A stretch of DNA of 64,000 nt. It comes from an uncultured Gemmatimonadales bacterium. Its GTDB lineage: Bacteria; Gemmatimonadota; Gemmatimonadetes; Longimicrobiales; RSA9. Both the position numbers and the translations under genes were made by a program. A model generated the notes under the pieces. The model was not told the DNA's origin and did not search any database. It saw only the letters and a list, made by a program, of their open reading frames with translations. This document shows, piece after piece, positions 30,379 to 42,222 of this stretch (the stretch's first letter is position 1; every line of letters begins with the position of its first letter). The stretch spans positions 1,024,001 to 1,088,000 of the forward strand of contig CAWCRS010000003.1 in the NCBI GenBank assembly GCA_963798085.1, written 5' to 3'.

Positions 30379-31375
30379 TAGAGTCCTTCCCACCCCTCCG
30401 CTTCTTCAGTTCCGCAATCTTCTGCGCGGCGTTGGTGCTGGAGGGATCGAGCTGCAGCGCGTGCTGGTAGCTGGCAATCGCCAGATCGACCTTGCCATTC
30501 GCGGCATAGCCCTCGCCCAGCGAATCCCACGTGTTGGCAAGCTGCGGGAACGCCTCTGTAGCCAGCTTGAACACTTCAATGGCAACGGCCGGCGTGCGCC
30601 CACCGAGGAACTGATAGCCAATGTCGTTGAGCAGCCCTGCGCCCACAGGCGGTGCGCCATACTGTTTCTGCAGCTCGGCGTAGCGGCGACGGCCCGCTGC
30701 CGGATCCTGGCGGAAGAGCGCCATCAGGATCTGCGTGGCGTGCTGCTGTTTGGCAAACACTGAGTTGGGATTCATCTCGACGTTGAGCGCGTAGAGGCGT
30801 TCGGCATCATCCATGCGCCCCTGGCGCAGGAGCTGGGTCGCGACATTGACGAGCGGCACTTCGCCGAAGTCGTACGTGAAGCGACCGTAATAGCGGGATC
30901 GCAGGTTGTTGTAGGTGCTGAGGGTGGAGTCAATGCCGCCGGCCCGCCATGCAGCCAGCAGCACATCCTGGATCATGCGCGGCTGCGTGGTGCCGCGGTG
31001 GCAGGTGGCGCACTCGACGGCGAGGGGCGGCGTGATGCGGGACTCGAGCGACTGCAAGGCTGTGTCATTGATGACGGCCAGCATGCGCAGCATGGTGCGA
31101 GCCTTGCGCTTGGGCAGTTTCTCATCGGACGCGAAGTCGTACGTCTCCAGCGGCTTGCTTTCTTCGCCCACATGGCAGTACGTGCAGCGCACGCCCAGCG
31201 CGCGGGTGAAGCTGGCCATCAGGGGCACCAGGGAATCCGCGCGGATGTTGCGGGGCAGCACCTTGAGGTTGGTGAAGGAGTCGGGCGGAAACTGCGCGGC
31301 GGCAGGTCGCGGCAGGAGCGGCAGCAGCGCCAGGGCAGCGACTAACGGGCGGTTAAACAGACGCAGCACGGTCAC
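30308..31375 (-). CDS. Secreted di-heme c-type cytochrome (reaction-centre cytochrome c-like domain) fused to TPRs
   Basis: RBS GGAGG + GTG; signal peptide AAA-Q; NLKVLP, ALGVRCTYCH, KARTMLRM, VECATCHRG; TPR motif NTWDSLGEGYA...AIASYQHALQLDP. Confidence 0.88.
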   Translation of the reverse strand: MTVLRLFNRPLVAALALLPLLPRPAAAQFPPDSFTNLKVLPRNIRADSLVPLMASFTRALGVRCTYCHVGEESKPLETYDFASDEKLPKRKARTMLRMLAVINDTALQSLESRITPPLAVECATCHRGTTQPRMIQDVLLAAWRAGGIDSTLSTYNNLRSRYYGRFTYDFGEVPLVNVATQLLRQGRMDDAERLYALNVEMNPNSVFAKQQHATQILMALFRQDPAAGRRRYAELQKQYGAPPVGAGLLNDIGYQFLGGRTPAVAIEVFKLATEAFPQLANTWDSLGEGYAANGKVDLAIASYQHALQLDPSSTNAAQKIAELKKRRGGKDSIGPSWHSFLPSRAHMPTAQPGID

Positions 31376-31688
31376 GGAGGCCTCCGGTTGAGTTGCCTCC
31401 GACAGTAACACGCCGCCGGGGCAGGCAGCGTCAAACCGGCGTCCGGGATTCGTCAAGGATTCGTGAACTCGCCGGGAACATTGCCCGCCGGGCAACCGGT
31501 GCGTTCGCGCGGATGTCAGCCGTTCGGCGATTCTGCCCATGGGCGGTGCTGCGTAATGGCGCCGGGTGTCGGGCGCCCGGGCGGGAGGTCCCACCGGGTG
31601 ACTCGCAGTGGCGGTGGACGCGGGATCGTCCAGCTTGACGGACCAGAGGGGTCGACAAACCGCGCAGGGCGCGGAGGAGCGTCGTTGC

Positions 31689-32186
31689 ATGGAATCCGGA
31701 TCGATGGAGAAGCGGGAGCTGCTGCGCCACACGGTAGCGACGGTGGCGTACCGGGGGGCGAAGGCGGTACGCGGTGCGCCGCCCGCGTTCGCTGCATTCG
31801 GCGGCGGCACCGGGGGTGGCGGCACGCGCACACCTGCGCAGATCCTGGCGCACGTAGGCGATCTGTTCGACTGGGCGCTGAGCCTGGCGCTGGGAGCACA
31901 GGCGTGGCAGGACTCGACGCCGCTGGCGTGGGACGATGAAGTCGCGCGCTTTTTCGCGAGTGTCGCACGTTTCGATCAGCGGCTCGCGTTGGCTGAACCG
32001 CTGGCATGCCCGGAAGAGAAACTGTTCCAGGGACCGATTGCCGATGCCTTGTCACACATCGGGCAGATGGCGCTGCTGCGGCGCATGGCGGGCGCGCCGA
32101 TTCGCGGCGAAAACTACTTCCGTGCGGACATCGTCGCCGGGCGGGTCGGCCCGGAGCAGACGGCGCCGCGACGCGAGTTCAATTGA
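31689..32186 (+). CDS. DinB-like four-helix-bundle protein
   Basis: RBS GGAGGAG; TPAQILAHVGDLFDW ... DALSHIGQMALLRRMAG. Confidence 0.75.
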   Translation: MESGSMEKRELLRHTVATVAYRGAKAVRGAPPAFAAFGGGTGGGGTRTPAQILAHVGDLFDWALSLALGAQAWQDSTPLAWDDEVARFFASVARFDQRLALAEPLACPEEKLFQGPIADALSHIGQMALLRRMAGAPIRGENYFRADIVAGRVGPEQTAPRREFN

Positions 32187-32358
32187 CGGATCCGGCGGCC
32201 ACCGCTGGCCTGATGCGGCTGCGTCCGGAAGCAGGACCTTCCGCTCCTTGCGCACGTTCGGCACACGCTGCGAGTGCTTCGTGCGAAAAAGCCAGCCCGG
32301 CGCGCATCGCGCCAGGGCTGGCAGGTGCGGGTCCTGCCTGTTGGGGCGACGGGCGTCC

Positions 32359-32679
32359 CTAACGCATCGTTACCATCAACGCCAGCGCAATGATGGCGGC
32401 CGCGCCCAGCGCCGCGACCCACGCCAGTGGGCGCGCGTAGAAGGGACGCAGCTCCTTCTGCACGTCCGCCATGCGATCCGCATTGAGGGCAATCGCCAGC
32501 CGGCCCTCGCCGTCCTTCGTGCCGTTGATCAGGCGCTGCTGCAGCAGCGAGTTGACCGCGGCCTGATACTGGGAAGGTCTGGCGTCGAATCCCGAAATGG
32601 TGCCGGGACGCGTGTAGCCGCCGGAGCCCTGCTGCTGGCGGCGATTCAGTTCGCGGAGGATCGTCCTGCGTGCTGACAT
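32359..32679 (-). CDS. Hypothetical protein with C-terminal TM helix
   Basis: 106-aa ORF with typical codon usage and a hydrophobic C-terminus. Confidence 0.6.
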   Translation of the reverse strand: MSARRTILRELNRRQQQGSGGYTRPGTISGFDARPSQYQAAVNSLLQQRLINGTKDGEGRLAIALNADRMADVQKELRPFYARPLAWVAALGAAAIIALALMVTMR

Positions 32680-33207
32680 CCGATATGCTCGGTTCGTGTG
32701 AGTACCGACAGCAAAGCGACCGCCGGGTCCCCGGCTTTACGGCCGCAAGCCCCCGGCGGTTCCATTCCGGGCCCGACATGTACCCCGGAATTGGACGGTC
32801 TACCCCGCCCGAAGGTTGCAGGACGGCACCAAGTCCCCAGGGCCGGACAGGCCGAGGGCTGTGGCCGCGAGCCAACTCGCTCAGTGGGTCGCCGTCAGTG
32901 CGCAGGCCTCGCCACCGCATCCCGGGGCATTCGGCCCAGGCGACAGCGGGTGCCCGACGCTGGGCTGTGGTACCGCCGCCACGACTGGAGACACACTCCA
33001 GCCAACAAGAGCGGGACTATCCGGTTGCCACCGCCCGCAACGCTGCCGTTTCCCTCTGCGCGCCCAGCCTGCCCGTTTCTGTCGCAGGCGATCGCGATGA
33101 CGGCACATCGCATGCAACGCCACTATCGATTTTGGCCGGGTCTCTGGCCAACAGCCCTCCCGACGGTTCCTGGCAACGCAGCTCCCCCCCAAACCGCGGA
33201 GGCCCCT

Positions 33208-33876
33208 ATGCGTATCCCGTCCCGTCCAACCCTGCCCTTGATGTCGATTGGCTTGATCGCGGTCCTGGCCGCCTGTTCACAGGACACGCCCACAGCGCCA
33301 GCTGCCGATGCCGGTGCAGGGCCAGCATTCGCGAGAACTGCGTCCTCTTCAGCGCTACCCAGCGGAGAGCGCATTGTCGGCCGTACCGCCATTGAACCGG
33401 CATACAACGCCGACACGGGCGAGATCATCGATCTGATCACGCCCGAGAAGTCGCCTTTCCCGACCAAGGCGAACGCTCACGCCGTGTCGCCTCTCTACCT
33501 TGTCGAGTATCCACCGGGATGAAATGTGAGCGGATTCAACTGCGCGGGCGTCCCCGGCAACTGCCCGGATCATGACGGACTCGTTGCCAGCGTCGCGACC
33601 GGAGCGATGCCGTCGGTTTACGGTACGGATCCGACGGCAGTGCCGGGCCACGACCACATCGTGGGTCCGCCCGGTGGCGCCGACTTCGACGTGGCCTGGG
33701 AGGTGGTGGAAGTTGCGTTCACCAACGCGGCAGCGGCGAACGAGCACCTGACCACCGATACCCAGATCGCAGCCGCCGTAGCCCGCGGCGATGCCATCGA
33801 GATCGACCTCGGGTTCGCGTTCACGTGTGCCGTCGTACCCGAGGCAGTGTATCGCCGGGGCATTCCCGTAAGTTGA
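33208..33876 (+). CDS. Lipoprotein of unknown function interrupted by an in-frame TGA (33520-33522)
   Basis: RBS GGAGG; lipobox LAAC; reading continues in frame YPPG*NVSGFNCAGVPGNCPDH...PGHDH. Confidence 0.7.
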
Positions 33877-33924
33877 TGGCGGTGCCGGACGGCATGGACT
33901 GGACACTGAAGCAAGAGATGTAAG

Positions 33925-33966
33925 AACAGGGGGCCGTCGCGTAAGGCCGCGGCGGTCCCCTGTTTC
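33925..33966 (+). terminator. Probable intrinsic terminator
   Basis: AACAGGGGGCCGTCGCG-TAAGGC-CGCGGCGGTCCCCTGTT followed by TC. Confidence 0.65.
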
Positions 33967-34156
33967 ATCGCGACGCCGAACGGGACGCCCCGACCGGAAC
34001 GCGAACACGCCCGCCGCAACGGGCCATGGCAGTGCCCCCGCGCACGCGTCATTCCTCCGTGTTAGAATGGGCACGTCATGGAAAGCACGAGCGAATGCTG
34101 GACCGCCGCGCGCGGATCGGCCTGCGGGCGTCTCGCGTGAAGCGGACGGGTTGACA

Positions 34157-35744
34157 GTGCAGGCTTCGTTGTTCGAAGGCGACGCCGCAGCGTCACCCAC
34201 GCCGCGCGCACTGCTGCGGAGCGTCTTCGGTTACGCGGAGTTCCGGCCCGGCCAGCTCGAAGTGATAGAAGCCGTACTCGCGGGTCGCGACTGCATTGCG
34301 ATCATGCCGACGGGCGCGGGCAAGTCGCTGACATTCCAGATCCCGGCGCGGCTGCTGCCCGGTACAGTGCTCGTCGTCTCACCGCTGATCTCGCTCATGA
34401 AGGACCAGGTCGACGCGCTCGAGTCGCTCGGCTTCCGCGCGACCGCCATCAATTCCACGCTCGATTTCGCGGAGCGTCGCCGGCGGCTGGCTGAGGCTGA
34501 GAGCGGGCCGCTACGAGCTGGTGTATCTGGCGCCCGAGGCGCTGGACGGCTGGCTGCGCGAGGCCATCCGGGGCTGGCCACTGTCCCTGATCGTCGTGGA
34601 CGAGGCGCACTGCATCAGCCAGTGGGGGCACGACTTCCGACCGTCGTACCGGCGGCTGCTGGGGCTCCGTGAGGAGCTGGATGGCGTACCCGTGCTGGCA
34701 CTCACCGCCACGGCCACGCGGCGGGTCGCGCGCGACATCATCGGGCAGCTGGGCATGGTGCGTCCGAGCGGTTACAAGGGCTCGTTCTTCCGGCCCAACC
34801 TGCGCGTCTGGTGTCGTCGCAAGGGCGAGGGGGAGACGCGCAAGGAAATCCTGGGGCTTCTCCGTTCGCGCGCAGGCGAGAGCGGGATCGTGTACTGCCT
34901 GTCGCGGCGGACCGTCGATCAGACCACGGAGTTCCTGCGTCGTCAGGGCATTCGCGCGCTGCCCTATCACGCGGGCCTGCCGGATGCGGAGCGCGCCGCG
35001 AACCAGGACGCGTTCGCCCGTGATGACGCGGCGGTCATCGTCGCCACGATTGCCTTCGGCATGGGCATCGACAAGTCGAATGTGCGATTCGTCATCCACC
35101 GTGACATGCCGAAGGACATCGAGTCCTGGTACCAGGAAATGGGGCGCGCGGGCCGTGACGGCCTCGACAGCGACTGCTTCCTCTTCTATTCGTGGGCCGA
35201 CGTGAAGCAGCACGAGCGGTTCCTCGACGATGCGAGCGACGCGGTGCAGGCGAGACTGAAGCGCGAGGCGACGAGCCGGCTGTACCGCATGGTCGAGGCC
35301 GGCGAGTGCCGCCATCAGTCGATCCTCAGTTACTTCGATGAAACGATCGAGGCGTGCGGCACGTCGTGCGATGTGTGCCGGGGCGAAAGCGCCGCCGAGC
35401 TGGCGGCAGCCGGCATGATGGCCGGGCGCGGCCGCGCGGCGCGTCCGGCGCGCGCGTCGAACAGCGCCACGGCTGCTCGCATCGGCGTGGACCCGGCGGA
35501 GCTGGCGCCGGCCGATGCGCTCTTCACGCGGCTGCGTGCGCTGCGCAAGCAGCTGGCGGACGCGCGCAGTGTGCCGGCGTACATCGTCTTCAGCGACGGG
35601 ACGTTGCGCGCCATGGCCGAGGCGTGTCCAACATCGGCGGCTGCGCTGCTGGAAGTGCCGGGCGTGGGTCCGGCCAAGCTGGAGCGCTACGGCGAGGCGT
35701 TTCTGGCGGCGTGTCGCGAAGCGCGCGACTATACTGGTAACTGA
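34157..35744 (+). CDS. recQ: RecQ family DNA helicase with HRDC domain, frameshift near 34495
   Basis: [67 protein letters not shown], Zn cysteines, [13 protein letters not shown]; start approximate. Confidence 0.93.
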
Positions 35745-35774
35745 ACGTCATCGCGTATCGAACCGGGAGTCGGG

Positions 35775-36152
35775 ATGCCTCGTCTGCTCAACTCACCAGC
35801 CAACATCGAAGCGGCCAACCCGGCCAAGAAGATTTCCGAATTCGTGGGCCGGGTGGCGACCGGTCACAAGCACATCAGCGTGGCGCAGATGCAGTCGCCG
35901 GAAGGCTGGCGCGAGCCGGGCCAGCGGCCGGAATTCGACGAAGTCACCGTGGTCCTGCGCGGCATGCTGCGCGTCGAGCACGAAGCCGGCCAGCTGGATG
36001 TGCACGGCGGCGAGGCCGTGATCACGGTGCGCGGCGAGTGGGTGCGCTACAGCACGCCCGAACCGGGTGGCGCCGAATACGTGGCCATCTGCCTGCCCGC
36101 ATTCTCCGAGGACAGTGCGCATCGGGACGGCGGCAGGCCCGCGTCGCACTGA
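35775..36152 (+). CDS. Cupin domain protein
   Basis: GWREPGQRPEFDE...GEWVRYSTP...AEYVAICLPAF. Confidence 0.85.
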   Translation: MPRLLNSPANIEAANPAKKISEFVGRVATGHKHISVAQMQSPEGWREPGQRPEFDEVTVVLRGMLRVEHEAGQLDVHGGEAVITVRGEWVRYSTPEPGGAEYVAICLPAFSEDSAHRDGGRPASH

Positions 36153-36252
36153 CGGCGTTCCAGAGGCCGCCTGCGCGGCCGCTTCCCGCACTAACGCGGA
36201 GCAAGGACCCCCACGTCGGACGCGGCATGCCGCGGGCGAGGCGCAGCTGTCC

Positions 36253-36657
36253 ATGATGACCATAACCCTTGCGGGTCAGGGTGAATGCGACGTCGTTCAC
36301 CACGGTTCCGGCGCGCGCCTGCGTACCGCAAAGGGGCGGCAGTTCGGCGGCACGGGCAGCTCGTTTTCCTCGACTGACCTGCTGGCGGTCGCGCTGGGAA
36401 CCTGCATTGCCACCGACCTCGAGCCGGTCGCGCAGCGTCACGGCGTCACGCTTTCGGCCATACGCATCAGCGTGGAGAAGCAACTCGACACCTCGCCCAA
36501 GCGCCTGACCAGGCTGAGCGTCATCGTACAGCTGCCGGCTGCCGTGGACGACGTGCTGCGGCTCAAGCTGCAGCGCGCGGCGGACCACTGCCTGGTGCAG
36601 CGCAGTCTGAGCCCTGACATTGCCATTGCGGTGAGTCTGCAGCGCACATCGCCATGA
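36253..36657 (+). CDS. OsmC family protein
   Basis: FSSTDLLAVALGTC ... AADHCLVQRSL (two conserved Cys). Confidence 0.85.
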   Translation: MMTITLAGQGECDVVHHGSGARLRTAKGRQFGGTGSSFSSTDLLAVALGTCIATDLEPVAQRHGVTLSAIRISVEKQLDTSPKRLTRLSVIVQLPAAVDDVLRLKLQRAADHCLVQRSLSPDIAIAVSLQRTSP

Positions 36658-36694
36658 GCCCTGTCTCTCGGCGCGACCACGCACGGAGCACGAG

Positions 36695-38389
36695 ATGATC
36701 ACGCAGAAGGAATTGCGCCGGTGTCGTACCGGTTCCGCCGGTCGTACTAACTCCGCGTTTGCCTTGCTCGTGGCCGCCGGCAGCGTGTTCGGGGGACGGG
36801 TGGCGGCGCAGCAGCCCGGGCCCATCCAGGCCGATGCGCTGCGGCAGCGGCTGTTCGTGATTGCCGCCGACTCGATGGGTGGCCGCGACACGGGCAGTCG
36901 CGGCAACTGGCTCACGGCCGAGTACGTGGCCGCCCAGTTCCGCAGCCTGGGCCTCTCGCCCGCAGGCGATGCGGGCAGCTTCTTTCAGACGATTCCCTTC
37001 CGTCACGTGCATGCCGACACGGCTGCCCGGCTGATCGCGGCAGGCCGGCCGCTGCGCATTGGCGTGGACGTGCTGCCTGGGGGCGGCGCTGTCGACTGGT
37101 CGGCGGAGGGCGAGCGCTCGGTGTACGGCGGCGTGACCGCGGACAGCACGACGTGGCCCTCCGCGGATGCCCTGCGCGGTCGACTCGTCGTGCTGGAGGC
37201 GCCCGCGGGTCCGGACCTGCGCCGCACGTTTGCGCGCATCGGGCCGACCGTACAGAGCCGGCGCATGGCGGGCGCGGCGGGTTTCGCGATCATGATGCTG
37301 GACCGCATACCCGCCGATGTACGGGATCAGATCCTGCAGGGGAGCTTCACCACGAACACAGCGACGCCCCCGGGTGCGAAGCCCATCCTGCTGGTGACAC
37401 GGGCCGCCGGCATGGCGCTGCTGGGAGCCGACCCATCCACGCTTTCCGCCGGCAGTGGCGGAGTCGCGTTGAGCGGTGGCGTGCGTTTTCGGCGCGATCC
37501 TCTGCCTTTCGCGGCCCGCAATGTCGTGGCAATGCTGCCGGGTTCGGACGCGGGGCTGCGCGGCACGTACGTGTCTGTGACGGCGCACAATGATCACGTG
37601 GGATACACGTTTGCGCCGGTGGATCACGACTCAGTTTACGCGCACAATCGCGTGGTACGACCCATGGGCGCGGATTCACCCGATCGCACGCCCACGCCAG
37701 AGGAACGCGTGCGCATCGCCGCCATGCTCGACAGCCTGCGCGCACTGCGGCCCGATCGGCCGGACTCGGTGTTCAATGGCGCGGATGATGACGGGACTGG
37801 CACGGTGGCGCTGATCGAGGTGGCGCGCGCGCTCAGTGCCGGGCCTCGCCCGCGGCGCTCGATGCTGTTCATCTCGCATGCGGCGGAGGAACGCGGGCTG
37901 CTGGGCTCGCAGTGGTTCACGGATCACGCGACCGTCCCCATCGATTCCATCATCGGTGAAGCCGACATGGACATGGTGGGTCGTGGCAATGCGAGCGATC
38001 TGCCGGAAGGCAGTCCGGCCTATCTCGAAGTGGTCGGCGCGAGCCGGCTTTCGCACGAGTACGGCGCACTGCTCGAGACGGTGAACGCGCGCCAGCCCAT
38101 GCCGTTCCGTTTCAATTACACGTATGACGCGCCCGGCCATCCGCTGCAGTACTACTGTCGTGCCGATCATTACAGTTATGCGCGCTATGGGATTCCGGCG
38201 TTTGCCGTTTCGCGTGGCGAGCACGCGGATTACCACCAGGTCACGGACGAGCCGGAGTACATCGACTACAATGCACTGGCGCGTGTAGCCAACCTGATTC
38301 TGGATTTCACACGCACTGTGGCGAATCTCGAGCAGCGGCCGGTAGTGGACGGCCCGCATGGCGATCCGCACGCGCCCTGCCGGCAGTAA
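36695..38389 (+). CDS. Secreted M28 family metallopeptidase
   Basis: AADSMGGRDTG, TAHNDH, NGADDDGTG, AEERGLLGS, DMVGR, HADYHQVTDE. Confidence 0.93.
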   Translation: MITQKELRRCRTGSAGRTNSAFALLVAAGSVFGGRVAAQQPGPIQADALRQRLFVIAADSMGGRDTGSRGNWLTAEYVAAQFRSLGLSPAGDAGSFFQTIPFRHVHADTAARLIAAGRPLRIGVDVLPGGGAVDWSAEGERSVYGGVTADSTTWPSADALRGRLVVLEAPAGPDLRRTFARIGPTVQSRRMAGAAGFAIMMLDRIPADVRDQILQGSFTTNTATPPGAKPILLVTRAAGMALLGADPSTLSAGSGGVALSGGVRFRRDPLPFAARNVVAMLPGSDAGLRGTYVSVTAHNDHVGYTFAPVDHDSVYAHNRVVRPMGADSPDRTPTPEERVRIAAMLDSLRALRPDRPDSVFNGADDDGTGTVALIEVARALSAGPRPRRSMLFISHAAEERGLLGSQWFTDHATVPIDSIIGEADMDMVGRGNASDLPEGSPAYLEVVGASRLSHEYGALLETVNARQPMPFRFNYTYDAPGHPLQYYCRADHYSYARYGIPAFAVSRGEHADYHQVTDEPEYIDYNALARVANLILDFTRTVANLEQRPVVDGPHGDPHAPCRQ

Positions 38390-38516
38390 CCCCGTGTTCG
38401 CTGTCCGCGTTTCCTTCGAGCAGACGCAGTAATTGGCGCCCGAGCAGACTCGAGCCGACGGCGCGGCGGGTGATGATCGCGCTGCGCTGTCGCTGTGGCG
38501 GCGCTCATCTGCGGCG

Positions 38517-39621
38517 TCAGGGGTCGGCCGCGAGCACGGCGCGCACCTGCTGTGCGATCTCAATGTCCTCGCGTGCGGTGACGCGTAGCGTGCGCACGGT
38601 GGCACCGTCCACCGAGATGTCCGCATCCGCGCGGGCCGCCTGGTTGCGCGCGGGGTCCACCGCGATACCGAGGTAGCCGAGCGCATCCGCCGTGCGCTGC
38701 CGGATCGCCGGGGCGTTCTCGCCCACGCCGCCGGTGAACACGAGCGCATCCATCCCGCCCAGCGACGCGCTCATCGCGGCGATGCTCCCACAAAGCCGGT
38801 GCAGATAGACAGCCAGCGCGAGCACGGCGTCAGGTTCGCCATTCTGCTCGGCCTCGAGCACGCGGCGCATGTCAGCGCTGCCGGCGAGCGCGAGCAGGCC
38901 GGAGCGGTGCTCGAGCGTGGCCGCCAGGTCTGCCGGCGCCATGCCGACGTGCTCCTCGAGCCATAGCACGAGGCCCGGGTCGACCGAGCCCGAGCGCGTG
39001 GCCATCACCAGACCTTCGAGTGGCGTGAAGCCCATGGTGGTGTCGACCGAGCGGCCATCGCGAACGGCGGCGAGCGACGCGCCCGAACCGAGATGGCATG
39101 TGATCACGCGCAGATGCTGCGGGTCGCGGCCGAGGCAGCAGCGCCGCGCGCCGCGAGGCCCAGGCATGCGACAACCCGTGGAAACCGAAGCGGCGGAGAC
39201 TCCAGCGCTCTCGCCACTCGCGCGGAATCGCGTAGGTCGACGCGGCTGGCGGCAGGGTGGCATGGAACGCGGTATCGAAACACGCCACGGCGGGCACGTC
39301 GGGCAGCATGCGCGCGATCCAGCGTACCGCGTCCATCGACTTGGGCTGGTGCAGCGGCGCCAGATCGGTCAGCGCTTCGAGCTCCTCCACCACGTTCGGC
39401 GTGAGCAGCACGGGACCGGCGAAGCGCGGCCCGCCGTGCACCACACGGTGGCCGACCGCATCGATGGGACCGCCCTCGTCGATCAGCCGCCGCAGCGCAT
39501 TCTGCTGCTCGCCCTCGGCTAATGGCAGATCGCTCGAGGCGACGACGCAGTCCGCATCATCCAGCACGCGCAGCTTGAGGCTGCTGGATCCGGCATTGAC
39601 GACGAGTACGCGCGCAGCCAT
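38517..39621 (-). CDS. ackA: Acetate kinase, frameshift near 39140
   Basis: VLVVNAGSSSLK, GHRVVHGG, LAPLH, FDTAFH, GFHGLSH | CHLGSGAS, DTTMGFTPLEGLVMATRSG, FTGGVGEN. Confidence 0.93.
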
Positions 39622-39712
39622 CACGCAATGCAATGCAGCGCAGTCGCGACCGCCGCACGCGCAGAGGCGGGCGAGGCGCAGGCCGCACGCACCGTCAGGC
39701 CGGACCCCACCG

Positions 39713-42109
39713 TCAGGCCGGACCCCACCGCCACTCGCTCACCTCGGGCGTGTCTTCGCCGTGGGCGCGCGTAAAGGCGCGGGCGCGCAGCCGCTGGTCC
39801 GCCATGTGCTGCCGCACGAGGGCCGCGTGCGGACCCAGACCGGGCACGCGGTCGATCACATCGATCACCAGGCGGAATCGGTCGAGATCGTTGAGCATCA
39901 CCATGTCGAAGGGTGTGGTGGTCGTGCCTTCCTCCTTGTATCCGCGAACATGCAGGTTCGCATGATTGGTCCGCCGGTAGGTCAGGCGATGAATCAGCCA
40001 TGGATACCCGTGATACGCGAACAGCACGGGCCGGTCGCGCGTGAAGAGCGCATCGAAGGCGGCATCGCCCATGCCGTGCGGGTGCTCGCTCGGGGGCTGC
40101 AGACGCATGAGGTCGACGATGTTGATCACGCGGATGCGAAGTTCGGGAAGATGCTGGCGCAGCAGTGAGACCGCGGCCAGGGTTTCCAGCGTGGGCACAT
40201 CGCCGCAGCAGGCCATCACCACGTCCGGTTCGCCGCCCGCATCGTTGCTGGCCCATTCCCAGATGCCGATGCCGCGGGTGCAGTGCAGTATGGCCTCCTC
40301 CATGGTCAGCCAGCAGGGCGAGGGCTGCTTGCCGGCGACAATCACATTGACATAGTTGCGGCTGCGCAGGCAATGGTCCGCCACCGATAACAGGCAGTTT
40401 GCGTCGGGCGGCAGATACACGCGGATGATCTCGGCCTTCTTGTTGACGACGTGATCGATGAAGCCGGGATCCTGGTGGGAAAAGCCATTGTGGTCCTGGC
40501 GCCAGACGTGCGAGCTGAGCAGGTAGTTGAGCGAAGGCAGCGGGCGCCGCCAGGACAGCGAGCGGCTGAACTTGAGCCACTTGGCGTGCTGATTGAACAT
40601 GGAGTCGATGATGTGGATGAAGGCCTCGTAGCAGTTGAAGAGGCCGTGTCGCCCTGTGAGCAGGTATCCTTCCAGCCAGCCCTGACAGAGGTGTTCGGAC
40701 AGCACCTCCATGACGCGACCATCGCGGGAGAGGTGATCGTCCGTGGGCAGTCCCTCTGCATCCCAGGCGCGGTTGGTCACCTCGAACACCGCGTCGAGCC
40801 GGTTGGAAGCCGTCTCGTCCGGACCGAACAGGCGGAAGTCGCGCGGATTGCGTGCAATGATGTCGCGCAGAAAACGGCCCAGCACGCGCGTCGCCTCGGC
40901 CAGGGCGCCACCGGGCGAAGGCACAGTCACGGCGTAGTCGCGGAAGTCGGGCAGTGCGAGATCGCGTGCCAGCAGACCCCCATTCGTGTGTGGATTTGCG
41001 CTCATGCGCTGCACTCCCTGCGGCGCGAGTCGCGTGAGCGCGGGCATGGGCACACCGTTCGAGTCGAACAGCTCCTCCGGCCGGTAGCTGCGCATCCACG
41101 CCTCGAGCTGCGCGAGTTCCTCTGCATCTGTGCGCGCCAGCGGCAGCGGCACCTGGTGCGCGCGCCACGTGCCTTCGACGGGCTCGCCACGCACGAACTT
41201 CGGTCCGGTCCAGCCCTTCGGTGTGTTCAGGATGATCATGGGCCAGCGCGGCCGCGCCGTGTCACCGTGCAGGCGGGCGCGCTGCTGGATCTCGCGGATC
41301 CGGACAATGATCGAGTCGAGAACGCCGGCCATGCGACGGTGCACGGCGGGCGGATCGTCGCCTTCGACATAGTGCACGTCGTACCCGTAACCTTCGAACA
41401 GCGCTGTCAGCTCATCGCGGGGGATGCGCGCAAGCACGGTGGGATTCGCGATCTTGTAACCGTTCAGGTGGAGCACGGGCAGCACCGCGCCATCGCGCGC
41501 CGGGTTCAGGAACTTGTTGGAGTGCCAGCTGGTGGCCAGCGCGCCGGTCTCGGCTTCGCCATCGCCGACAATGCAGCACACCAGCAGATCGGGGTTGTCG
41601 AAGGCGGCGCCATACGCGTGCGCCAGCGAATAGCCCAGTTCGCCGCCCTCATGGATGGAGCCAGGCACCTCGGCAGTAACGTGACTTCCAATGCCGCCGG
41701 GGAACGAGAACTGACGGAACAGGCAATGCATGCCTTCCGCATCGCGCGTCACGTTCGGGTAGACTTCGCTCCACGTACCTTCCAGCCAGACATTGGCAAC
41801 AGCCGCGGGCCCGCCATGCCCGGGACCCACGACAAGGAACGCGTTCAGATCGTGCCTGCGAATGACACGATTCATGTGCGTCCACACCAGGTTGATGCCC
41901 GGTGAAGTGCCCCAGTGCCCGAGCAGGCGGGGTTTGATGTGCTCGGGCCGCAGCGGCTCATGCAGCAGCGGATTATCGAGCAGAAAGATCTGGCCGACGG
42001 CGAGGTAGTTGACGGCGCGCCACCATGCATCGAGCGCGTTCAGCTCATCGTCGGATAGTGTGGAGGTGGGCCGCGCCGTTGCGGCGGCGATCGTTTCAGT
42101 GCGGGACAT
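39713..42109 (-). CDS. xfp: Xylulose-5-P/fructose-6-P phosphoketolase
   Basis: [75 protein letters not shown]. Confidence 0.97.
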   Translation of the reverse strand: MSRTETIAAATARPTSTLSDDELNALDAWWRAVNYLAVGQIFLLDNPLLHEPLRPEHIKPRLLGHWGTSPGINLVWTHMNRVIRRHDLNAFLVVGPGHGGPAAVANVWLEGTWSEVYPNVTRDAEGMHCLFRQFSFPGGIGSHVTAEVPGSIHEGGELGYSLAHAYGAAFDNPDLLVCCIVGDGEAETGALATSWHSNKFLNPARDGAVLPVLHLNGYKIANPTVLARIPRDELTALFEGYGYDVHYVEGDDPPAVHRRMAGVLDSIIVRIREIQQRARLHGDTARPRWPMIILNTPKGWTGPKFVRGEPVEGTWRAHQVPLPLARTDAEELAQLEAWMRSYRPEELFDSNGVPMPALTRLAPQGVQRMSANPHTNGGLLARDLALPDFRDYAVTVPSPGGALAEATRVLGRFLRDIIARNPRDFRLFGPDETASNRLDAVFEVTNRAWDAEGLPTDDHLSRDGRVMEVLSEHLCQGWLEGYLLTGRHGLFNCYEAFIHIIDSMFNQHAKWLKFSRSLSWRRPLPSLNYLLSSHVWRQDHNGFSHQDPGFIDHVVNKKAEIIRVYLPPDANCLLSVADHCLRSRNYVNVIVAGKQPSPCWLTMEEAILHCTRGIGIWEWASNDAGGEPDVVMACCGDVPTLETLAAVSLLRQHLPELRIRVINIVDLMRLQPPSEHPHGMGDAAFDALFTRDRPVLFAYHGYPWLIHRLTYRRTNHANLHVRGYKEEGTTTTPFDMVMLNDLDRFRLVIDVIDRVPGLGPHAALVRQHMADQRLRARAFTRAHGEDTPEVSEWRWGPA

Positions 42110-42222
42110 GATGACCTCTGTCAGCTGCGGGTACAAGGAAGAATAACAGCGATGCAGAGCCTGTGCCTCGCAGCCCGCTGGAGGTCGCGCGGGTGTAGGT
42201 GCGGCGTAACGGCCAGGAAGCG

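Noticed and set aside
39690..39730. 18-bp tandem duplication CACCGTCAGGCCGGACCC at the xfp stop
   Set aside because: A simple local slippage of two copies with no effect on the protein.
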